This document shows, one piece after another, positions 9,794 to 18,100 of a DNA stretch of 64,000 nucleotides; position 1 is the stretch's first letter, and every line of letters starts with the position of its first letter. The notes below the pieces were generated by a model. It saw nothing but the letters and a program-made list of their open reading frames with translations, was not told the DNA's origin and did not search any database. Both the position numbers and the translations under genes were made by a program. The stretch is from IMG/VR virus record IMGVR_UViG_3300030616_000016, positions 167,648-231,647 of that record; one strand, written 5' to 3'.

Positions 9794-12700
9794 TGGATGG
9801 CTTGGTTATGGCGCGGGATCATTAGCTGTTCTAGCTGGCGCATATATGCTTGGGAAGAATCCAAAGACGCTATACGCAATGGGCGAAACTTTGGACACCG
9901 CAGTATCAGCTATATCAGATGTAACCACCTTTGGTAAGCAACACATAGTAGAAAATCTTAGTAGAATCACTGGCAAGTTCGGTTCTTCCATAGAGACAGC
10001 TGCCAGAAGCCCTTCATCTACAAAAGCACTTAATCCAGAAATATTCAATTCCCTGCAAGGCGCTCTAAGCGCCTGGGAATCTGGCGCCGCAACTACACAG
10101 ACACTTAGAGACGCTCTTGCTGCCAAGTTCTCTAACGTAACGACGGTTAGACCGGGTGTACGTAATCTTCAAGTAAAAGAGATAACACAAGCATTCAGTG
10201 ATATCACTCCTGACGACCCTTTCACTTTATTTGGAAGATCTATAGATAAGAAGGGCGCTGGTCTTCTTAAACAGGCTCAAGAGATAGGAATTGTAGACAA
10301 AGACTGGGTTGCTGACAAAGGCATGTTTATTGATGGTCAGAGATTGGTTGACGCCAATATATTCAGGCCTGAGAAGTGGGGAGAATCTCTTGTAAAAACA
10401 TTACGTGGTGCTACTGGCGGATTCCTTACCGACTCATTACTGCCAAGTACCCATCTTCTTCGAGAGATTCCAGATATAGCTGAGATCTCAACAAAAGGGT
10501 TGGGCAAGCATATAAAAGAGGGAACACTAGATAAAGCCTTTAAGATTGGCGATCAACTTGTTGGTATAACAAAAGATAATTTTGTTGTTGACTTGCCTAA
10601 GCTTCGTGTTGGCCCAGTAGGAAATGCTATTTCTAAGGCACACGCTATAAGAAAGGGGCTTGTAAGACATAGAACAGTTGATGAGATGAAGGAGCTTCTC
10701 GCTTCCAGGGGGCAAGATCTTAATCCGCGTCAAGAAAAGCTATATAGAGCATTAGAAAATAGATTCCTTAGCGAGTATGTTGGCATTGGTCCTCAATACG
10801 CAAGTGAAACGGCGCTTCCAAAGATGCTGCATGGCTGGCTGGCAAAGTTCTACCAGACGGACCTTAAGCCAATATCGATGATTCCAGGCAAGTCATTCGA
10901 TGAGGTATGGGAAAATCTAAGCATTGGTCAAAGAGTCAAGGTTATGGCCAAAGGAGATGTTGATAGCGTCGCCTGGGCCAGAACTTCGATTGCTGGCGAT
11001 CAAGACATTCGATCTTTTGAACAGATACAAGAGATAAAAAGAGCTATCCATGGAGAAAGCTGGGAAGCTGCGCTGGATCCGAGTGGTGAAATATCTAAAA
11101 CAACATCGGTGTTTGGAAGAAGATCAGTAACCAATGCAGAGCAGTTTATGGCAGAAATGCTTGATGAAGAATTCAAGCACACTATGTCACACAACTACTA
11201 TGCCTATGATACTGCTGAACTTGCTGGTAACTGGGCACATACTGTCTTCACGACTCCATTTAGAATAGCATCCAACATGTTTGGATTTGGACTCAAGCAT
11301 GACTCGTTAGGAAAGACTGCGCTCAGAGCCACGGTTGGCATTCCTATGGCCGGATATCTCGCATGGCAGGGAGCAAACTATTTAGATTTTCTTACTGAGC
11401 AGACAACGACATTTAGTCCAATCAAAGGTGTTGCCAGAACATATGCAGAAGCTCAGATAGCCAAACAAAGCATGGCTAATCTTATAGGCATATCATATGC
11501 ATCTAAAACAGCAGAAAGTATGATTGGAATAGATATCGATTCTCCTATTTCCGTTGCGCTTAGAAGCATAGGACTGCCTATACTTGGAGCTAAGATTGGA
11601 CAAAAGATAAATCCTGGAATGGGACGACCTGGTATGTATGTCGGTATTGGGCTAGCCGCGCTTACTTTATCAGACGACCTATCTAGAGATGCAGATGAAT
11701 TAAGAGATATATATGAAGGAAGAAAAGAAGTTCCTGTTAGAAAGTCTCGCTGGTGGATGCTTGGATGTTTTGACCCTCACCAAAGCGTAATGCTTGAAGA
11801 TGGAAGCCTTGTCCATGCAGAAGATGTAGACAGTGGAATGGTAGTCATTAACGATATAGGAGAATATACAGAGGTGACTAATGTCTCTGTAAGAATTACC
11901 GATAAAGACGAGGAGCTAATTTCTATTCTGCCTCATGGATTTCCTTATCCAACAAAAATAACAGGCAATCATGAAGTTCTTGTCCACAGACGTCCTTGTA
12001 TCAAGCCATATACATATAAAACTGGATGTCATCCAAGACGAATCACGAATAGTTCGTGTAGATCTTGTCCGAATGCCTCGCCGGATCTTAATCTGTCATA
12101 TGTCAGAGCCGATGAGCTGAGGCCGGACGACTTTCTTATTCTGCCTAGGCTAAAATGCAACACCTCTATTGGGCTTATCGACCTGTCTGATTACCATGAT
12201 CTATTTGTCATCGATAAAGAAAAAATAGCAGCAGGTCAAAGATTGCATGGTGGTGTTCGGCGTGCTCCAAAAAGCAAATATACTAATAGAATTATACATC
12301 CCGATAAAGATCTCGGTATGCTTTTAGGTTGGGTTTTAGCAGAAGGAAGTAAGCATAGCGACAACTCTATTGAATGTGTGTATAATATTAGTGAAAGCGA
12401 TTTTGCCTTGCAAATGGGTAAAATAGCGCATGCCAAGTTTGGAGCTAGTTATAGCCTATCTGAAAGAGATGGTAGTACTGGGAGAATTGTTATAGGTAGT
12501 AAATTTTTACTCGGTTTTTGTACCAGTGTTGGCATACTGCCAAATAAAACTCCGAACATACGCAGAATGCTAGATTATGGTGAGTGTTTTGTTAAAGGGT
12601 TTGTCATAGGTGCTGTATATGGAGATGGAAGCTATACCGACGGCCATTGGAGATTCAAGGCGAAAAGACTACAGACATGTATTTTCTTGAGAGATATGAT

Positions 12701-15194
12701 CCATGCAGTCGGAGGAGCTGCTTCTATATGTCGAAACTCGTCTATGCTTGAAGGCAAGAGGTTTGATGCGTATTCAGTCACAATAATAGAATTAGATTTT
12801 GCTCTTATTAAGCATTATTATAAAGGAATACCAAAAACCAAGCAGTTAAAATCTGCAATTGGCTGTAAAGACTATGTTTTATATACAATCAGAAGCATAG
12901 TCGCCTCCGATCCTCCTGAAATTGTTTATGACTTCCATGTTAGAGACAGGAATAGCATCTGTTTGCCTGGGCATGTTGTTCACAACTCAGATCCCTTTGA
13001 AGGTGGAGACACTGATTATTACAGGCCTCACCTTATAGCCACAATGCTTTCTGATACCTCTGCCATGGAAGCAAAGTATGGTTCCAAGTCCGCATATTGG
13101 TCTCATGGCACAATGTTCCCTACGCCTCATAATGTATTTGGCTTGAGTATACTGGCTGACCCATACTATGTAGAAAGAAAGCATTACTATGATAGGCCGT
13201 ATCCAATAACAGGAAGATCTAATCTTGCAGAATTTCCTATCTGGGGCAACATACTTGATGCTACTCTTGGAGAGGTTATTAAGCCTACCAAGGTAATGCA
13301 TGAAAATGAACTGGCGCATTATATAACTCAAACCCCTGAGTTCTCTGGAGACAAAGGACTGCAGAGTGTAGCTCAGCAGCTGTCTCTAGCACAAATTAGG
13401 CCTGGTAAGGTGCTGCCAAGAGTAGAAGGAACGCAGGATGACATTGGTCATGCAATATATGACATGACTGAATTTGCTGGATTAAAGGGATTTCTATTTA
13501 CGTCTCTCAAGAAGCAAGTCACTGGAAGCCCTGACTTCTCTGACCAAGGCGCAAGATGGGCTAGTGCAGATGATATTTATAATAAATCTGATGCATACTA
13601 TGATCTACAGCTTGGTGGTATGCTAGGTGCAACCGAGTTCTTCAGAAGATTTTTACCACATAGACAAAACCAAATAGACTATGTTAATCCTCTAAGCAAT
13701 GAAGCTCCGGCATGGCTCCCTGGTAAAAGGTCTGTTTTTGGCGATACAGACTTTATAGATTTCCATAGCTCAGATCCATACACTCGTATCAAGGAGGGGT
13801 CTAAGCGTCTTCCAGGTGCTCAGTATGAAGCTATACACGAACTACATTCTGGTAAAAAAGGCGAATATGATGCTTTTGATAGAATGAAGATATTGGCTGA
13901 TGTCAGCCCATATTCTAATGCCTTCAAGTACTATAAGAACATAGTGGATAAGATGGCTCAGGACGGCCAGCTAGACGGCTATTGGATGGATGAATACCTT
14001 GAAATAGACAGGAGAATTAAAGGAGAAGGACTGCCCGACTTTGAAGCAGAGACAGCAAGTAAAGAGCTTGGTATTTCTGGTGCAGCTGCTGGGACTGCTG
14101 GCCTACTAAATAATCACCTTAGAATACCATGGGTAGGTACTAAGTTAATGAGCATGGATCAAGATCCGCTGGTAGACTATCAAGAGAAGATTTCATTCAA
14201 TAATGACTTCAATGATTGGACTAAACCAATAGACACTATGTTGATGCCATACATGCGCGCACAAAGTGCAAGAGGAGCTATCTCTGGAGCTTTTGGTGGT
14301 GCAACACTAGGTGTTCTTAGCTCAGCTGCTGGAGGTTCATACGCCGGTACTGTAGGAGCTATCGGAGCAGGCGTTGGAACAGTGATGGGATTGGCCGGCG
14401 TTAATGCTCCTGAAAATGAAATCAGAAGAAGGTCTATGGAAGAATACTTCGATAGCTTAGAATATCTGAAGTACAATAAACTAGCTGACAAGGCTGGCGA
14501 ACAAGGCAATATTGCTCTTGCAAATAGATTAAGAAGAATGTCTAAGAGAACCATGGTAGGACTCGACTATTCTCAAGACACAACCTCTTTCTATAAAGCA
14601 GCTTACAGCGCTCTCCCAAAACCGGACAGGCAGTATCTGCAGGCTTTTATCCAGGTTGATCCGGGTAAAAGACCTGAAGTCCTTGACAAAGTTCCAGATT
14701 ATATGCAGCCTATTCTTATGCGTCTATGGAAAGATCCAAAGTCCGAAGCTGATGCCGGCAAGCTATCAAGAGTAGACCAAAACAATAGAGCCCATCAGGC
14801 TGCTTTATCGTATGTAAACAGTCACGGCGGCGTCCCAGATGATGATTCTATGGTATGGCATCCAGATATTAGCATTGAAGATGTCAAACTAAAGACCATT
14901 AAAAATCTTGGTGCTGACATACATAACTTTGGGTTTTGGGGAACTGATGAGCGAGATCTTGAAAGAACGCGGCCTTATATCAAACCCCTTCCATTCTCAT
15001 ATAATACAAACACTTACCAATCTAATAGGTTGAATTTTACTAATAATATGTTACAATATGGTTTTAGCAATGTGTATGTTGATTTGATAAGAAATCCTAG
15101 CAGGCAGCCAGAAAATGTATATTCAATTAATATTCAGAGAAATAGACTTGGTGACATTGCAGGGTTTGACAGCAGGTCTGAGGGAAGGTTCTAA
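9756..15194 (+). CDS. Tape-measure-like protein containing an intein (1812-aa precursor, 1405 aa spliced)
   Basis: Follows the chaperones. Helical and Ala/Gly-rich, with hydrophobic and glycine-zipper segments (WLGYGAGSLAVLAGAY; GAISGAFGGATLGVL...GAIGAGVGTVMGLAG). The intein occupies aa 671-1077. Confidence 0.72.
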   Translation: MPVTPREEQERSSGWLGYGAGSLAVLAGAYMLGKNPKTLYAMGETLDTAVSAISDVTTFGKQHIVENLSRITGKFGSSIETAARSPSSTKALNPEIFNSLQGALSAWESGAATTQTLRDALAAKFSNVTTVRPGVRNLQVKEITQAFSDITPDDPFTLFGRSIDKKGAGLLKQAQEIGIVDKDWVADKGMFIDGQRLVDANIFRPEKWGESLVKTLRGATGGFLTDSLLPSTHLLREIPDIAEISTKGLGKHIKEGTLDKAFKIGDQLVGITKDNFVVDLPKLRVGPVGNAISKAHAIRKGLVRHRTVDEMKELLASRGQDLNPRQEKLYRALENRFLSEYVGIGPQYASETALPKMLHGWLAKFYQTDLKPISMIPGKSFDEVWENLSIGQRVKVMAKGDVDSVAWARTSIAGDQDIRSFEQIQEIKRAIHGESWEAALDPSGEISKTTSVFGRRSVTNAEQFMAEMLDEEFKHTMSHNYYAYDTAELAGNWAHTVFTTPFRIASNMFGFGLKHDSLGKTALRATVGIPMAGYLAWQGANYLDFLTEQTTTFSPIKGVARTYAEAQIAKQSMANLIGISYASKTAESMIGIDIDSPISVALRSIGLPILGAKIGQKINPGMGRPGMYVGIGLAALTLSDDLSRDADELRDIYEGRKEVPVRKSRWWMLGCFDPHQSVMLEDGSLVHAEDVDSGMVVINDIGEYTEVTNVSVRITDKDEELISILPHGFPYPTKITGNHEVLVHRRPCIKPYTYKTGCHPRRITNSSCRSCPNASPDLNLSYVRADELRPDDFLILPRLKCNTSIGLIDLSDYHDLFVIDKEKIAAGQRLHGGVRRAPKSKYTNRIIHPDKDLGMLLGWVLAEGSKHSDNSIECVYNISESDFALQMGKIAHAKFGASYSLSERDGSTGRIVIGSKFLLGFCTSVGILPNKTPNIRRMLDYGECFVKGFVIGAVYGDGSYTDGHWRFKAKRLQTCIFLRDMIHAVGGAASICRNSSMLEGKRFDAYSVTIIELDFALIKHYYKGIPKTKQLKSAIGCKDYVLYTIRSIVASDPPEIVYDFHVRDRNSICLPGHVVHNSDPFEGGDTDYYRPHLIATMLSDTSAMEAKYGSKSAYWSHGTMFPTPHNVFGLSILADPYYVERKHYYDRPYPITGRSNLAEFPIWGNILDATLGEVIKPTKVMHENELAHYITQTPEFSGDKGLQSVAQQLSLAQIRPGKVLPRVEGTQDDIGHAIYDMTEFAGLKGFLFTSLKKQVTGSPDFSDQGARWASADDIYNKSDAYYDLQLGGMLGATEFFRRFLPHRQNQIDYVNPLSNEAPAWLPGKRSVFGDTDFIDFHSSDPYTRIKEGSKRLPGAQYEAIHELHSGKKGEYDAFDRMKILADVSPYSNAFKYYKNIVDKMAQDGQLDGYWMDEYLEIDRRIKGEGLPDFEAETASKELGISGAAAGTAGLLNNHLRIPWVGTKLMSMDQDPLVDYQEKISFNNDFNDWTKPIDTMLMPYMRAQSARGAISGAFGGATLGVLSSAAGGSYAGTVGAIGAGVGTVMGLAGVNAPENEIRRRSMEEYFDSLEYLKYNKLADKAGEQGNIALANRLRRMSKRTMVGLDYSQDTTSFYKAAYSALPKPDRQYLQAFIQVDPGKRPEVLDKVPDYMQPILMRLWKDPKSEADAGKLSRVDQNNRAHQAALSYVNSHGGVPDDDSMVWHPDISIEDVKLKTIKNLGADIHNFGFWGTDERDLERTRPYIKPLPFSYNTNTYQSNRLNFTNNMLQYGFSNVYVDLIRNPSRQPENVYSINIQRNRLGDIAGFDSRSEGRF
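11766..12986 (+). mobile_element. Intein with LAGLIDADG homing endonuclease (407 aa)
   Basis: Block A CFDPHQSVMLEDGS, block B KITGNHEVL, LAGLIDADG blocks LGMLLGWVLAEGS and FVIGAVYGDGS, block F VYDFHV, terminal HN followed by a +1 Ser. The exteins join as RWWMLG|SDPFEGG. Confidence 0.93.
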
Positions 15195-18100
15195 TGCCTG
15201 ACAAGCCAGAACAAAGAAGTGGATCAGTAGCGCCTTGGTTGGTTGGCGGAGGGCTATTAGCTTTTGGTGGGTATCAGGGATATAAGCACTTCGGCCAGAA
15301 GCACTTAGGAAATATGGCAAATAATCTAGGCGATGAGATTAAAGCTGTTGTGCCATCAGTAGAACAAACCGAACAAATAATCAAACCAAGTTCTTCCACA
15401 GAATTCTGGCATAAGTTTGACAGAGCAGGAACTCCTGCAGCTGGCATTGGAGCCACAAATTCATTTATGCATGATATAGTTGATGTCGAAGATGCACACT
15501 ATAAAGGATTCGATGAGATTTTAACTCCTAAGAGAGCTGCTGCTTATAACAAAATTGTGACAGCTCAGCTTACCGACTTTCAGTCTGTTATGAATAATAC
15601 ACACGGAACCAATCTTCTTAATATAGAAGCAATCAACGAGTCTATAAATAGTGCAAATACTGGTTTTATTGATGGCATCAGCGAAAGAGCAAAGAGAAAT
15701 ACAGAAACAGCTGGCTTAATAGGAAGGTCTGATGTAGAAGATATATTTTTTGCTCATTATGGAAGAAAGGGTAAAAGAGCTCAAGAGTTCATTGCAAGAG
15801 AGCAGGCTGCTGTATCACAACTGGAAGATATAGCAAGCCGGCTTACAGCATCAACTGGGCATCAAGTTAAAATACAGGCCATTAACCGCAGCGGTGTAGC
15901 TCCAGAAATAGGGCTCAGAGTAGGTGGCGAGTTTATTTCTATGGGCGCCGCCACTGGAACAAGGCTTCAGTTTGGTTCAAATGTATATCAGGGGCCTCAA
16001 GCCATTCTTGGCAGAACAGCTGAAGGCAGGCTAAAGACCATGACCTTTCATGAAGCTTCTGTAAATGTTCTTGAACAAAAAATGGGCGAGCTAAAAGGCA
16101 TCAAGTCTTCAAGTCAGCTTAGATCCAAGATATCCGGTATATTATCCGAGCCTAGAGAGGCCGCAATCTTTTCTAGTCCTGAAGATAAGATGAGAGCTAT
16201 AGCTGGTGTTCCTGGACAACCTATGAGCGCTGCCGATGTCGCTAGAAGTGGTAACATTGTAACTATGCCGAGTATAGTTAAAGAATCAGGCGCACAAGCT
16301 TCAAGAGATGCTGCTGAAACTCTTAGAAGAATAACTGAATGGGCAGGCAAAGAGGATTGGGACGAGACTACTCGCGCAAGAATGTTTCATATAAAACCTG
16401 GACAAAGGATTACTCCAGAGCGCGTGCTAAGGCATTTCGTTACAGCTGTTAAAGGAGATAAGGTAGACAGACTGACTTTCTCTGCTTTTACTTCTTTGAA
16501 AGCTCTTACGGTTGGAGGGATGCTCACTCCGTTTCAAAACATAGCCAAGGAAGGCGGCGAGGAACTACGCACAGGATTGCTTAGAAAATCTCAATCCGCC
16601 AAATATAAATATAATAAGTATTATGGCTATGGAAGGGAAATGAGACGGCAGAATCTTGCTGGGCTTCTTGCAGGTGAGGGTTCTGAGCGTTTGGCTGGAA
16701 GCGTAAGTGGCAAGGTTCATGCTATAGATAAAGTTCAGAAATTAATTGATGGTGAATGGGTAGACGTTCCAGACAAACTAGTTGGCGCGTTAGGTGGTAA
16801 ATTTTCAGGTGGTTCTGGTGTTATGGCTATTAGTGAGGAATTCGGCGATTTATCTCACGAGTCATCTGGAGATTATATGCTCAAAAAGATAAGCGGCTCT
16901 CCTAACAAGAAAATCAAAGATACAATTAATGAACTTGCAAGAAAGGGCAAGCTAGATGTAAGGAATCTAAAAGCAGCGGGTATTACAGTTCGCAAAAAAG
17001 ATGCTCAGGGGCTATTGCGAACTGAAACAGGAAGCCTGGAATTTAGCCAGGCTGCTTTAAAGCAAGCAAGCGAGACAGAAAACTCTCTGGTTATACCCGG
17101 TAAAAGACTTAGAAAAATAAGTGAATCTGGCTATGCTTTTAGGCTTGGGCCTACTAGTGTTTCAGCTACAAGAGGTACTCGATTTATAGGCAAAGGCTCA
17201 GAGGGAGTTCTTGGTGCTTTGTGGTCAACGAATATTAAACCGGAAGTAAGATCTCAAATGGCTTATGCCACAATACAGAGCCTAATGGAAGAATCAGATA
17301 TCAAATATTCTCGCAATTTAGACGAGTTTGCAGCTACTATATCTGGTGAACTAGATAGAGCCGATCCTAATGCCAGATATTTTAAAGGCGTAGAAGGCAA
17401 TCAAAAAAGATGGCAGCAGCTTACAGATCTAATGACTGAAAGAATGCAGAAAGAAGGAGTAGATAAACGTAGCCTGGATAAGTTTAGAGCATCTATGGAA
17501 GGATATGGTCCTGGTAAGACCATAGAATTTGCTGCTGAGGGTCAACACTACAGAGCTAGAGCTACGACACTAACTGGTACTGCGTTTCCTAGAATGTATC
17601 CTCTTGAAGAGGAGACAGCATTGCATGGTACAGTAGGCAGATATAAATCTGAGTATACAAAGAAGCTGGATGATTTTAATAAAGCATTGGCTGGACATGA
17701 GGACCTTCCTGGTGTTCAAAGATTCATGGAAGCTCAAACAAAGAAACATAGTATTCTTGAAGATGTTTTACGCCACGAATCTGTGCCAGATACACTGATA
17801 AGAAACTTCAATGAAGCTGAAACTCAACAGCTAGAGGCCATAAGAGAAATACAAAGAATGGAAGGCGGTCCAATAAAAGGCATAGAGAAGAAGTTTATTG
17901 CACTCAAAACAAGCGAAGAACAGTTTATGTCCAAGCTTACACAGAGAGCGCAAAGTACTCCACGCAGATATAGACCACAAGACTTTATGATGATGGCTAT
18001 AAAAGCTCATGCTGACCCTGAAAACAGAGACACAGGTGTGCTTGAGTATCTGCTTCGCATGCAGGAAGGTAGCCAGGCTCGCCGCAGCTTTCAAAACGTG

